DNA of 63,973 nt, the filler included, from Pseudovirgaria hyperparasitica (Eukaryota): the NCBI GenBank assembly GCA_010093815.1. It is 5 parts of 5 records of this genome, joined end to end, with 100 filler letters (N's around TTAATTAATTAA, not from the genome) between each part and the next. Parts side by side here need not be neighbours in the genome. Positions count along the whole stretch, not along the records: positions 1 to 17,235 come from ML996601.1; positions 17,336 to 45,239 come from ML996602.1; 3 more parts are not named here. The stretch is one strand, 5' to 3'. Position 1 is the first letter of the stretch. Each line of letters begins with the position of its first letter. Both the position numbers and the translations under genes were made by a program. The notes beneath the pieces were generated by a model, which saw only the letters and a program-made list of their open reading frames with translations, ran no database searches and was not told where the DNA came from. Shown here one piece after another: positions 13,964 to 25,361 of this stretch.

Positions 13964-13992
13964 TTATTAGTCAAGGGATTACCTTAACTAAA
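13964..13992. promoter_or_regulatory. Shared palindrome copy 4 (degenerate, Gypsy 5' leader)
   Basis: TTATTAGTCAAGGGATTACCTTAACTAAA. Confidence 0.65.
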
Positions 13993-14474
13993 GGTTAGCC
14001 TAATGCGTCTACCCATAACACCTATCATCCCTTCTCTATGTTAATTAATCCCTTTATAAGGTAAACTATTACTATCGTCTTCATCGATATAAGGTTTACG
14101 GTATCCTACTTATGTTATTATCTTCGTATAAGGCGTTCCTAAAGTGGTATACTCGTGTAGCCGTGTTTATAAATAACAGCTATGGTAGTACTAAACAGGT
14201 TATATTTATCGTTTTTGAACTCTTCTTTGCTACTTCATCTGGCCCTATTTTATATCCCATTCCCCTAAGACATTTTCGAGTCGCGCTATCACCCGTGTTA
14301 GCATGCGTATACTTTTTACGACTACTTTTAAGAGGCTAGCCCCTAGCGACTCCGGACTCCCTGTTTTCCGGACTCATAGCTTTGATCTAGTAAGTCTAGA
14401 CTACCTTATTAGGCACGCCATATACTTCCCCTAAGCTAGTTTCGGAGTCCTAATCTCCCCCTGTAAGTTCGTAG

Positions 14475-14491
14475 TCCGGGTACGACCTCTA
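14475..14491 (-). promoter_or_regulatory. Primer binding site, probably for tRNA-Gln
   Basis: Minus strand TAGAGGTCGTACCCGGA, 4 nt inside the 5' LTR. Reverting one G>A gives TGGAGGTCG..., complementary to a tRNA 3' end ...TCCGGGTRCGACCT-CCA that resembles eukaryotic tRNA-Gln. Confidence 0.55.
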
Positions 14492-14495
14492 AAAT

Positions 14496-14867
14496 TATAA
14501 TAAGCTATCGCCACGTATGTCCCTTTTTATAAATGGCTATGTCCTTAGTATAGTAGTCGCGACGAACTCATAAGTATCTCTCCTAGGTATTATGAGTTCT
14601 CTTTAAACGCACGACTTCTTATTAGTTCTCTTTTACGATAGGACGGGTCTATATAATACTCTTAATTAATTCATTAATAGCTAAGCCTAATAATCAATAC
14701 CCATAGAGGCCCATGAACGTAAGGAAAGGTCGAATCGTCGAATATTAGTAATGGGGGAAGCGTGTCATCCAGAATGACCAAGGAAAACGCCCTCCTTAAA
14801 TATACAATAAGCCATGTAATCGAGCTAGGGACACATACATGTAGGGCTGTAGGAGCGGCCTTCTATA
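14496..14867 (-). repeat. 5' LTR (372 bp)
   Basis: TATAATAAGCTATCGCC...GGCCTTCTATA, a RIP version of the other LTR. Confidence 0.92.
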
Positions 14868-15236
14868 CTAGTTCCGTGGTACCCTCGAGCATCTCGTCTA
14901 GTATAAGTATACGTTATTAGTTATATATATTATATATATATAGAGGGCCTATATCTATTTATAGGTGTAGTATTATCCTAAGATTATCGCGCTTAGTATA
15001 CGACCATAATAAGAGTAGTATTAACCTATAAATGTGGAAGAGGACTCGTCTTTCTAGTCCTAGAGGGTATATAGTATAGTATCCGGGGTGTGTAGTTAGT
15101 TTACTCGTCTAGTAGTATTTATAGGGTTCCTAGATAGCGAGTATTATAGCCCTAGTCTCTTCGAGGAGCGTCGCCTAGTTCTCTCTTTTATATTATATGT
15201 TTACCTATATAATTTAGAGTATATTCTAGTCCCTTA

Positions 15237-16685
15237 TTAGATACTAGGGAGTATATATACCTATATGCTTATTTCTTAGAGGCGCGACTATCCTCGCGCG
15301 GTAGCGGCTTTAACTATATCTTTTAGTTATCCTATTATCTTTAGAATAGTCTACTATCCCGCCTAACTACCTTCCGGAGGGGAGGTTAGGGGTGTTATAA
15401 AGGAAGGGCTCGTAGTAGGTATTATATTCTATAACTATCTTACGCCTCTCGCTTTTATCGTGCGAATATATTCTATAACCTATTTACGTTTTATATACGT
15501 TAACGACCATAACGGGTGTTTCCTATTATAGTTTAAACACTATACTATATCTCTATTTCTTAGTCCGTCTCCTCGCGGTTTATAAGGGCACTCCTAGGTA
15601 GCGTGGTCCCTACGGTACTATCCGCACTTAGTCTTCTATAAGTACCTTTATATAGTATGTCTATACCCTTAATAGTTAAAGCACTATATTATTACCCATG
15701 CTCTATCCCATGGCTCGGCTATAAGAAGCTCTCCTTCTATTAGGAATCCCTTCTATATAATATATTATGTAAGAGCGGGGTCTCGGAGCTCCATAATTAT
15801 AGTAGAGTATTTTTTCGCCGTTATCTTAATCGCCTATAGGTTCTTCTACCACGCTTTCATAATCTTAATCCCTAGGTATTTTCGCGTGTTAGATTATTCT
15901 ATACGCGTAATATCCTCCGCTCCGATAGCCTATCCCCGTACGGGTACTACGTATACTATAATCGGGTATATAGCTACCCTAATAGACGCGCTAGGGAAGA
16001 TACTACCTATCGCGTTCGAATCTCGCGAGATGTTTTACTACGTAGTATTCGTTATAGTAGTAAGTACTACCCTACCTAGCGTAGCTTTAGTAGCCACGAT
16101 GCTTAACTATATTCCTTTCTATTCGTTAATCTTATTTATAATTTCCTTTAGGGATGCCTATTAGACCTACGCTAGCGTGTCCTTATCCTAGATTACGACA
16201 CGTATACTATATACTCTATCTATAGTCCTAGTAGTTCTTAGTGCGGTAGCTCCGGGTATTACTATAATCTAAGCCCACGTGTTAGGGCGCTTACCTTAGG
16301 ATAGCTCTTCCTAGATTCTCCATAGACTAGCTTCCATTTAGTCAAGTCTACCACTAGGTTCCTCTCGTAGCGACTTCCTTTCTTCCTCCATAATTCCTCT
16401 TAGGTTCCAGATAAGGTCCCGGAATATATAAAGGAGGGTCTTCTTTCCCTGCTTAGCGTCCCTCTCTATATATATTATCTAGTATTTAATTTTATCTAGG
16501 AGGGTCTCCCCTCTTAGGGTCCCCTTAGTCTAGGTTATCTATAGCGCTTTACACCCTTAGTTAGTTCCTATATTTTAGATAGGTATCTAGCTATCTATAT
16601 TAATGTCGCTATATGGCCGTTTCTACCATACTAGTAGGGGCATATCCGGCGTATACTAGGGTGTTACAATGCCTAAGGCCGCCAT
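15237..16685 (-). pseudogene. LINE copy 1 ORF1 (gag-like, zinc knuckles)
   Basis: ATG at 16685 directly after the palindrome; degenerate Cys/His knuckles at ~15540-15690; stop overlaps the ORF2 start (TAATA, ancestral TAATG). Confidence 0.75.
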
Positions 16686-16687
16686 AG

Positions 16688-16718
16688 TTATTAGTTAAGG
16701 GTAGCCCTTAACTAATAA
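16688..16718. promoter_or_regulatory. Shared palindrome copy 5 (LINE 5' UTR, 2 nt before the ORF1 ATG)
   Basis: TTATTAGTTAAGGGTAGCCCTTAACTAATAA. Confidence 0.8.
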
Positions 16719-16955
16719 AAGGGGGTCGGCGTATTAGCGTTTATTAGATATAGTCTATACTCGTGTTATTAAAGAGTCTTCGAGCGTATGTATATAGTAT
16801 CTCTATACGTTAGTATCGTCGCGTATTATACGCTATACGTACGTACGTGTATCGGAGGTTGTTATACTCGGTATACTCTATCGTTTGATGTATGTAAATC
16901 GCTGTTTTACCGCGAATTAACTAGTTTAGTCCGTTAGGGTGTGAGAAGTTTTTTC

Positions 16956-17235
16956 GAGTTAATAATAATAGAGAAATAGACCTAGAATAAATTATTATTT
17001 AACTATTAGACGAGTCTAGACGTCTTAAATCTATTAGAGGTAATAAGAATTATAACTCTAATAGTTCTAAGGAATTAATAGACGTCGAAATGTCTAATAA
17101 TACGTCTTCTAATAATAATAATAATAAGAAGACTAAATGTAGTTACTGTAAAAAACTAGGACACCTAGAAAATACCTGTTTTAAAAAGCATCCTAAATTA
17201 AAAAAGAATAAGAAGAATAAGACTACTAAGTCTAG
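16956..17235 (+). pseudogene. Ty1/Copia-like gag fragment, 3' part with zinc knuckle
   Basis: CSYCKKLGHLENTCFKKHP (CX2CX4HX4C); continues the frame interrupted at 243; truncated by the gap. Confidence 0.7.
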
Positions 17236-17335
17236 NNNNNNNNNNNNNNNNNNNNNNNNNNNNNNNNNNNNNNNNNNNNTTAATTAATTAANNNNNNNNN
17301 NNNNNNNNNNNNNNNNNNNNNNNNNNNNNNNNNNN
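17236..17335. other. Artificial contig spacer (also 45240-45339, 61119-61218, 62746-62845)
   Basis: 100-bp block of N with central TTAATTAATTAA, which has stops in all six frames. Confidence 0.95.
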
Positions 17336-17996
17336 AAGCTTCACCATAACAACGCCTTTCAACCCCTATCTTTCGGTGCCCATCATAACGGTCCGCCTCA
17401 CTACAACTCAGGTCACTCTGGATTGCCTTCTCCACCTCTACGAAGCCTCAGAAGATTGGCCTACATAAGTCCGTCATGGTTTAGTAGCATAATTTGTGTG
17501 TCGTAGTATCGTTACTGACTGGGCTTGGTCTGCACTCGTGTTAGACTGGCTTAGCTGATTGGAGAGCGGCGATGACTTGGTGGATCTCATGGCTCAGTAT
17601 CGTGGGTTTAACGGCTCAGTATCTAGACGGCTCCACTAACCCTGTAAATCCTGGAGCCTAGTATTCAGGATAGATGGAGAGCTCTTTTCGGCCCGTCAAT
17701 CATGAGTTGAGCAATTCATTTGATTCCACCGTTGGCACCGAGATCTCTGCGCAACGAGCTGCCGAAATCTTCTCTTGACCGGCTTCAATTCGTTGCTCTC
17801 ATCGCCAGCATTCTCCTTCTCCGGAAAGACCGACATTTTCCTCATGCTCATTGACAATTGCTTCACTCTGCGCTTGCAACAGGACAAGAAGAAAGTGGCC
17901 TCGGCCGTAATACTCTAATAATTTCCTGCAGGCTAAAACCAAAATAAGCGCTGTCGTCGCGGCCTCGAAAAGTTTGAAATGTCAAAATATGATAAT

Positions 17997-19405
17997 TCAA
18001 TCTCTTGCTACATGATGTTCTTGTTTCAATGGCTCCAGTGTATTCGCCATAATAATAGAGATTGTCAGCGCGAATCTGGACCATGACCAATTTGGTGACG
18101 CGCTCGACTCTATGTAGACGTTACATGCACCAAATTTGATCGCCCTTGCTTTCTGATGTATAATTGACCTTCGAAATCCCTCAATCTCGCGCTTTAGTAT
18201 GGAGTTTTCAGTGCGCAGGTGCTGGAAGGCGGTCTCAAACTTGCGGAGTTGTTCTGCAGTCGCAGCGTCTATTACCTCCTTCATGACCCCTGAAAGGAGT
18301 GTTCGAAGTTGCTGCTCGCCACGAGGGCCTAGGATCTTTGTAATAATACTTCCTGAGTCAGAAGAAGATGGACGAGGTTGTTCTAAAGAAGAAGTAGGCC
18401 TGGATGGAGGCTTCTTAAGCTGGTTAAGGACAATCGACGGATCTGACGGTATTACACCTGTTTGGCGCCATGCAGACATTATATTGTCTACGGTAAATGC
18501 TCGGGAATATGCATTTTTGTAGAATCTATAGAAATCTCGTTTTGAGATGCATCTAATGGCTGCAGGCGATGGGTGGCATGTGGAGGAAACACTGCGACAA
18601 GAATCTTATGTCCTTACCTTCTTCTTGGTATTCTGATCGAAGATTTGGTGAAGCCAAACGAGTCCTAGCTCATCTGTAATCCATCCTTTAGGCGATGAGG
18701 TAAAGAACTCGATATCATCTGGTTTCCAGTCGCACATCCAGGAGTCCTGCAGATCGCCACTTTTGGCGCGGTAAATGAGACCACTTGGTATAGCAGTTCC
18801 GTCGCCGCATATACAGCATAGGACCGTAATCCATTCTCGATTACCATCTTGCGCGTTTCCTAGAAGCTTCTTATTCTTTGCTGCTTTCTTGGAGAAGATC
18901 CTGCGCGTCTTGATGCCAATTCCGATCATGAAGCCTTTCTCATCGAAATTGTACATATTATGCGGCTCAATGTTGTATTCCTCTATTTCTGCCTTATAAG
19001 GTTAAAATAGGCTAGGTAATCGATGTAGTTGTCTGCCTTTTGTCTGCTTCGATCGATAGGGGTAAGGTATCGTGAGTCCAACGAATCGCTATGAGTACGC
19101 GTTTAGGTCGAGATCTAGTTCTTTGAAGGCTGTTTTCCAAGAATAGTAATTGCAAAGTTAACTACCATAGCAGGAGTAGGAGGGAGACCTCGATCTGAGA
19201 GTCTTTTGACGTGTTTGAGTAGATAGGCGTCTTGGGTGTTGTTCATGAGTCGCATGTCGCGCGCCATTTGCTGCCGTGAGCCATTCACGCGACGGTGACG
19301 TCTAGATAACGTAGAACGCGCTACACCGTATTCTTTCGCAGTTGCAGTATAATCAGGTGTATCCTGCAAATCCAACGCTGCAATTGCAGCCTCAATTGCG
19401 TCCAT
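17997..19405 (-). pseudogene. pogo/Fot1-family DDE transposase with internal deletions
   Basis: HTH region AKEYGVARSTLSRRHR and RLSDRGLPPTPAMV; YNFDEKGFMIG; NREWITVLCCICGDGTAIP; SSPKGW; split over several frames, part of the catalytic core missing. Confidence 0.85.
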
Positions 19406-20190
19406 ATTGGTGGAGATGTTACGTGTCAAAGTTCGCGACTCATACGGGAATTCGTGCACACTAGTTGATGGGACGAGGAGCGTTCCCGTACGGAGACGTG
19501 ATGAACTGTTAGTAAACTTCCCGTGCGGGGTCGTTCTATGAGGACCTTTCCCGGAAGCCCAGTTCCATTTTCAGATGTTCTATTGATAGAAGATCCGTAC
19601 TGGGCGATGGGACGAGGGCCTTTCCCGTGCGGAGACGCGATAAGCTATTAGAAAGTTTCCTGCGCGGATCAAGTCTATAGGAATTAGTTCAATCGCCCAT
19701 ACTCTACTCAAGCCAGCCCGAGATTAGAAGGGAAAGGTCCGCACCGAGAAGATGTAAGCTATCACGTAAGGACCCGTGCGGATTATCTAGGTATGATGAC
19801 GGTATCAGCATGGCTGCGGAATTTGTCTCTAAGAGGCATTCAACGATTGGATCGGATCAACATCACTAAATTGAGGGTCGCAGAGAAGGGCAACTAAACT
19901 AACGTTAAGTTCTATTTGGACTTAACTCCAGATCTTAACTTAGTTATTGCGTTCTGAGAGTCATTCAATTCTCATTCGAAGTCAGCCGTTGCTGATTTCT
20001 GCATGATCCTCATAGCTTGCCGGACCTGCATACTGAGTCCTATCAATGCGAAAGGACTTCCGCACTAGAGAACGGACCGTGGGGAAATCCCTGTGCGCCC
20101 CGTACGGATCCATTCTATGAGGACTTTCCAGTAAACTGCACATTAGTCAAGGCGGGCGGGTATGAGGGAGGCGCGGGCATATCATGACCA

Positions 20191-20949
20191 TTAGAGAGAA
20201 CACCCGCACCTAGCGGTGATTGTGCTTACATCGCCTGCTTCGACGTCGAGACCAGTGTTCGACAAGGCGAACGAATCGATAGCCCCATGGGCTTGAGGGA
20301 TTGCACGATTGTGAGCTATACCGTTCCGTCCGTTGACTCCTTGAGTTCCGCTGGGGACACAAAGTAGTGGGATGGCTTGCTCGATCGATGAAGGCGCTTC
20401 GGGCAGGTCCTGAGAGCTCTGCAGGCGGCTCTCGCCGAAGGAGCGCTCCTCGTTTCTCGAGCCACCTTGCCATGATGGGAATTGGAGTTGCGACAGAAAG
20501 ATGTTGCGCCCTGTAGACAGCGACCAATTCCTAGATCGCTGCTGGTCTGTCTGGTGGAATCGGAAGTCGCTAGAGCGTGTGAAAGAAGCCCCCGCGTCTT
20601 GGGCCAGAGTGCTGGAGAACATGCTGAAGGGTGATCGTATTGGTATGGAGATGAGTCGAGGAAACGCGAAGGGCCATGGTCTGGTAGACAGCGGACGCGG
20701 TGCCATCTTTATACCCTCCCTAAACGATCTCGTCGTGGCTGCCGCATGCTTCCCAGGCGGAGCCACGCCCCTGACGAAGCAGTGCTGTCCAGGTGCAGCA
20801 ATTATTAGGGCCGGCAGACTGTCCTCCTTGAAGATAAAACGCCGAGATGCGAGGCGTTCCTGGCCTATCGTTTCTACTTCGTACTGGAGTGCATCAAGTC
20901 GTGAGGTAATGCTATTTGACGATTGGACCAGCCTGTCGCAAACTCGCAT
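20191..20949 (-). other. Long ORF (252 aa), hypothetical; an overlapping 200-aa ORF lies on the + strand
   Basis: ORF length only; no recognisable motif; coding strand undetermined. Confidence 0.2.
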
Positions 20950-21589
20950 TCATGTACATATCAATCTGCTGCGCCGCCAGCGCCGGCTGGGCCAGCATGA
21001 CATAGTCGTCATCAGGAGTCCAAATGAGTTTGGTGATCAACTGCCGACGAGATGTGAAGACTTCCATGAGGAGAGCTCGCAAATTATAGTTATGTCGGCC
21101 TGAAGAAAAACGAAATCATTACTCTTGTTTCATACAGAGATGACTCAGATATCTCTTGCATCTCTGAGAGAAGATCTGACTTTCTTTGGTTGATGCATGG
21201 CTTAAGCCCCTGAGGCGGAAGTCGACCGTGCGTATCCTCTTTTTCTCTGACAGAGCACATCCTGATCGCAAGCCTGAGCCGCCGACACTACAGACACTCC
21301 GCCCCCGACTCATGTACCCAAGCATGCCTTTGGAGAGCCTGCTTGTTGTCAAGAGGCTAACACCTTGGCAAGACCAGGTTTCGTGTTGATAGACTCGGGG
21401 GAACTGCTTTCCGGACCCATGTTCCAGATGGAAACAATTGGACTTCCTGGGAGCTTGCACTTAGTCCTTGATATCGCTCTGCCTTGGATCGGCTTCTCAG
21501 ACTCGGGAAGCTAATAAATATACTGGTACCGCGCTGGTCTGTCAATGTTGCAACAACAGTGCCCTGTTGATCAACTCCTCGCCATCAGT

Positions 21590-22197
21590 ATGAATAGTTC
21601 CCAGGATACCATCGAAGACCAGACTGTTTACCAGGTAATGTTCTTTTTGGGGTCGAAAGCTCCATCTACTGAATGCTGGTAGGACCTTATCGCCAGATCT
21701 GACCAACGTAAGAAGGCTGTCGATCAAAATGCCGCAGTCGAGAAGACAGTTTATGAGGAGATTACCCCAGAAGCCCAGCCACAGGCAGCCCTCCATACAG
21801 AGGTCTTTTCCGGAGCTGACACTCATTCTGATAAGGGGAGTCTCATAGGTGCACTAAGCCACAGATATGAATCCAATAGCTTACACACGTAGGCACACTT
21901 GAGCGAATGGCCACTACCGTGCTGGTCTTGTCTGGGAAGGTTGATCTGTCTTTGGATAGAGCAAAAGAGATTGACAAGAACGTGCGCACATTGTCTCGAA
22001 CAGTTGGCATGATTCTGGAAAAGCTCAAGAAGACGGACGAGGTACCAACGTCGTTGCTCAACTCTAGATCCGGAGAGGTGGAAAATAAGTCGAACGACGG
22101 CACCAATCACGAGACAAGTGCGAAGAGTAAACGCAAGGCCGATGTCCTAAGAGATACGTCTGATACTTGCAAAAGGCAAAGACGTACCCTATGTTAA
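21590..22197 (+). CDS. Small spliced hypothetical protein (~171 aa), exons 21590-21634, 21683-21848, 21893-22197
   Basis: Two GT..AG introns (48 and 44 bp) join into one open frame MNSSQDTIEDQTVYQ/DLIARSDQRKK...GSLI/GTLERMATT...KRQRRTLC; basic C-terminus resembling an NLS. Confidence 0.6.
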
Positions 22198-22387
22198 ATG
22201 TTTGATGTGTGTAGAGTTTGTAGATGACGAAGATCAGACAATCCTTGTGGACTCGCTTCAGATTGGACGTTGTGCCGAACGTCGGATAGCCCGGCATAAA
22301 TGTCGCTTCAACAGCAACAGCAGAGTAGTCCTTGGGCATTACCGTCGTGACATAAGGACGATCTGACTAGTGGAAAGTGTGGAGCTC

Positions 22388-24772
22388 TCATGCTGCGCTC
22401 AAAGCCCTCAACGCATGTAGTCTCTCTTGCATGAATGCTGCGGGCCCAGGAGCACCTCTCGTGGATCTCTTGTCTGTCTGTCTCTTCCGCTTACGATTTG
22501 GAGACAGTTCTTCAAGGGGAGACCTCGCCTCGAGGACGAGCGCCCGCTCAAAGTCAATGACAACCACTTTTCGCTCAGCTGATTTCCACAGGAGGTTTCG
22601 CAGCGTGAGATCGCGATGTAGCACCCAATGTTCATGGATAGAGCCGATTGCACGTTCGACTTGTTTGTGGATTTCGGCCAAGTGATTCGATAGGATCCCT
22701 CTCGAGACCTTCACGCCACCAAAGCTCATGAACATCATATGTGTCAGCTCCGCGATGCCGTCATATTCATAAGGCTGCGTGAGATCGATGTTCCCCAGGT
22801 GTACCGGCACATGTTTTCCTTGGATCGAGCGCAAGCAGTCGTAGACGGCAGCCTCATGTTTGAGATGGCAGATAAATTCAGCCGGCGTACCCTTGGCCGC
22901 AACAGTATATCCATGCGAGGTGAGGCAGATACGGAACAGGACACCGCGGGAGCCATGGATACGCAGGCAATCAACGTCATGGTCCAGATCCCTGGAAAGC
23001 TGCTCGTGCATGAGACGGAGAAAGGCTGATCGGTCGATCTGGTGAGTGTGCCTTCCATGTGCCTTGACATTGGGACATTTGTGGTCCAGGGGCCCACGCA
23101 CGAGGAGGCCTCGCAGACACTCCGAGGTGCAGTACTGCCTCTCCTTGCCTTGGTTTGAGGCACCAGTCCGTCCCGCTGTCGTTTTGGTCCTGGACGATCT
23201 CTCTTGATTCGCTCGTCGCGATGCATGTCGCCTCGTAGCAGGCGCAGGCGTGTCTGGGTCCGGTTCGGTGTCGCTACTGCTCCGATCATGTGGCTGTGGA
23301 GAACTACAAGACGTCGAGGGACGTGATGGTCGTGGTCGAAGCTGGATCGGGCAGTCTCTGAGCTGGGTCGTGCGTGAGGGGGGTACGTAGTCTGACGTGA
23401 GGCGTTCTGGGGTGGGCACTTGGTCGAGCAGCTCCTCATACGTGATCTCCCAGGGCACAAGCAAGCTACGCGCATCGCTCTTCCACTTCTGACTCCGTGG
23501 CGTACTTTGAATCGCCATCAACGTCAACGCTAACATACGTCCAACAGCAGTCATGTGCAGGCAGTTGGGCTGGTCCAGTGCTGGCGTCCAGCCAGTTTCC
23601 AGACCAACATCGTGTTTGGGCACCGAGAGGTGATAGTATACAGTCCTGGGATCGTCAAGGACCCGAAGAAAGATGTAGGCTTCGCCTGTGCAGACGCAAC
23701 CGTACTCCACTCCAATCTTGATCATGTAGGAAAATGCCTGGACGATGATTGCGGCGACCAATCGTTGCAACTTCGCCTCCACGCCTTCGTTATCCTTCAC
23801 CTGCACTACCTCATCTAGGTCCATCTCTTGCAAACCTGCGCAGATGCATGCCAGTGAAACCTTATGCGGCGCTTTGTACTCAATGATGTACGCCGGTTGA
23901 CGGTATGATTGATCACCCGAATCGACGTGGTAGACGCAGAATTGATCGGCACGGGGCCGGGAAGATTTTGGTCCTACTGCGGCGCTCTGTGCTGGAGGGG
24001 TGGGATGCTGCAGGGATTGGAGCCTGGCCGAACGACGTGGTGCGCCAGAGATATCCATAGCCTGAACAGCCTCTTCAATCTGACTGTCCGAGCTTAGAGT
24101 GTTTCCATGATTTTCAAAAGTCACCGAGCCTCTGAGGCCGAAGGACTTTCGAAGCTCGTTCTCATCCGTGATAGCAGTGACGACCTCAGAGATAGGATTC
24201 TCCACTGTCAAACGCTGGAAGAAAGTGAGGTCTGGCTCCGAGCTGCAGAGTCTCGGGCCCACGGATTGACCCAGCTCTTCTAGTGTGTTTATGGAGGTGA
24301 ACTGACGCGTCTGAAAGAAGTTCGAGTCTTGTAGCTTGGCCCAGATGAATTCCTGCTGCTCCTCGAAGTCCAGCCAGTGACGTATATAGCGTGGACGTAA
24401 TTTGCGCTGGGCATTGTCAGGATTGCCTTGAGTGGAACGTGAGGCATCGGTTTGGACAGTGAACCCCAGGGAGAGATGGGTGTGACAAGTATGGAGATAT
24501 TCGGAGAGTGTAGTTTTTCGTGTTCGTTCTTCTATATTGTTGCGCGCACGTTCTGCCTCCTCTTGGGCGCGTTCTGCCTCCTCTTGGGCGCGTTCTGCTT
24601 CCTCTTGGGCGCGTTCTGCCTCCTTACGTCGCCGTTGCTCTTCTTCACGTCGCCGTTGCTCTTCTTCGCGTCGCCGTTGCTCTTCTTCGCGTCGCCGTTG
24701 CTCCTGAAAGTAGAGCTCTTTGTAGTCAGGTTCGTCCATGTCTGCTGTGGAATCTGTACACAGGCTCGCCAT
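22388..24772 (-). CDS. Spok (spore killer)-family protein: coiled-coil repeats, PD-(D/E)XK nuclease-like domain, Cys cluster, kinase-like domain
   Basis: Intact intronless 794-codon ORF. Heptad repeats EEQRRRE and AERAQEE; KTTLSEYLHTCH; RADQFCVY...IIEYKAPHK; YCTSECLRGL...KCPNVKAH; VAAKGT; VLHRDLTLRNLLW...VVVIDFERA. Domain order matches Podospora SPOK proteins. Confidence 0.85.
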   Translation of the reverse strand: MASLCTDSTADMDEPDYKELYFQEQRRREEEQRRREEEQRRREEEQRRRKEAERAQEEAERAQEEAERAQEEAERARNNIEERTRKTTLSEYLHTCHTHLSLGFTVQTDASRSTQGNPDNAQRKLRPRYIRHWLDFEEQQEFIWAKLQDSNFFQTRQFTSINTLEELGQSVGPRLCSSEPDLTFFQRLTVENPISEVVTAITDENELRKSFGLRGSVTFENHGNTLSSDSQIEEAVQAMDISGAPRRSARLQSLQHPTPPAQSAAVGPKSSRPRADQFCVYHVDSGDQSYRQPAYIIEYKAPHKVSLACICAGLQEMDLDEVVQVKDNEGVEAKLQRLVAAIIVQAFSYMIKIGVEYGCVCTGEAYIFLRVLDDPRTVYYHLSVPKHDVGLETGWTPALDQPNCLHMTAVGRMLALTLMAIQSTPRSQKWKSDARSLLVPWEITYEELLDQVPTPERLTSDYVPPSRTTQLRDCPIQLRPRPSRPSTSCSSPQPHDRSSSDTEPDPDTPAPATRRHASRRANQERSSRTKTTAGRTGASNQGKERQYCTSECLRGLLVRGPLDHKCPNVKAHGRHTHQIDRSAFLRLMHEQLSRDLDHDVDCLRIHGSRGVLFRICLTSHGYTVAAKGTPAEFICHLKHEAAVYDCLRSIQGKHVPVHLGNIDLTQPYEYDGIAELTHMMFMSFGGVKVSRGILSNHLAEIHKQVERAIGSIHEHWVLHRDLTLRNLLWKSAERKVVVIDFERALVLEARSPLEELSPNRKRKRQTDKRSTRGAPGPAAFMQERLHALRALSAA
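24545..24702. repeat. Two adjacent 21-bp coding tandem arrays in the coiled-coil region
   Basis: (GCGCGTTCTGCCTCCTCTTGG) about 3.5 copies, then (CGTCGCCGTTGCTCTTCTTCG) about 4 copies. Confidence 0.9.
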
Positions 24773-25361
24773 ACCATCGATGTAAGCAGTTCGCTCAGAC
24801 TAGCCTACCCTGATATTCCGAAGATTTGCCGCATACATGCCTGTGTGTATGTTTCTAGGCACATCAAGCAAGCCATGCTGAGTATTCTACTTCTCCATAT
24901 CGAGACACTTGATTACCTCAAGACGCAATTTCTTTCTTGAACAATTCATACTTAAGCCCTATTTCTTATTCGAAGTCGCGTAAAAATTAAGTAACTATTG
25001 GATCACAAACGTAGAGATCACTGTCGACCTAGACCCCTCGCACATCCACGGCCCTCTTCTGAGCTTTCATCGTGTCGATATTAGTCGACGAAGCTCCTTG
25101 TCCTTCAAAGCGATTCCCCGTCTACGATTCCAACTCCTCTATCTTTGACAACGCCTTTTCTAGTTCCGTTTCAAGATGAGCTATCCTCTCTTTGCGTCGC
25201 TGCCGAAAACGAGCCGAGGCGTCTGCATTCCGTTTGCATTTTTCATCAGCCTGCTTCGAACCCGTTGACCGTTGGTAGCGCTTCGTCCAAGGCGTTGGCC
25301 ATGTGGAGCAAGGCCCGAAGACAGCTTACGTCGCTTATTCGGGTCATACACTGACTATGCT

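Larger units (their letters stand above)
3452..14867 (-). mobile_element. Ty3/Gypsy LTR retrotransposon, 11.4 kb, RIP-inactivated, no visible chromodomain, with an extra 3' ORF
   Basis: Direct LTRs 3452-3822 and 14496-14867 with TG...CA ends (RIP-changed to TA...TA in the right copy); 4-bp TSD CTAG (3448-3451, 14868-14871); domain order PR-RT-RH-INT. Confidence 0.92.
515..15237 (-). pseudogene. LINE copy 1 ORF2 (AP endonuclease, RT, C-terminal Cys/His motif); pieces 14868-15237 and 515-3451
   Basis: GDFNL motif near 3430; KAPGLDGILNRYLK near 2480; RIP-altered GYADD near 1835; many TAG/TAA stops explicable by C>T or G>A. Confidence 0.85.
244..16955 (-). mobile_element. Full-length Tad1-like LINE, copy 1, RIP-inactivated, split by an LTR element at 3452-14867
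   Basis: (AAT)n tail at ~244-271; 5' end TGTGAGAAGTTTTTTC at ~16940-16955; 15-bp TSD; colinear with copy 2 at 48425-53738. Confidence 0.9.

Noticed and set aside
14466..14491. tRNA gene (GTTCG..TCCGGGTACGACCT)
   Set aside because: Only a 3'-end match next to the LTR; explained as the primer binding site.
17280..17291. TTAATTAATTAA palindrome seen four times
   Set aside because: Always centred in a 100-bp N block; an assembly spacer, not biology.
22377..24940. Many overlapping ORFs on both strands
   Set aside because: Shadow frames of the GC-rich Spok-like gene and its 21-bp repeats.
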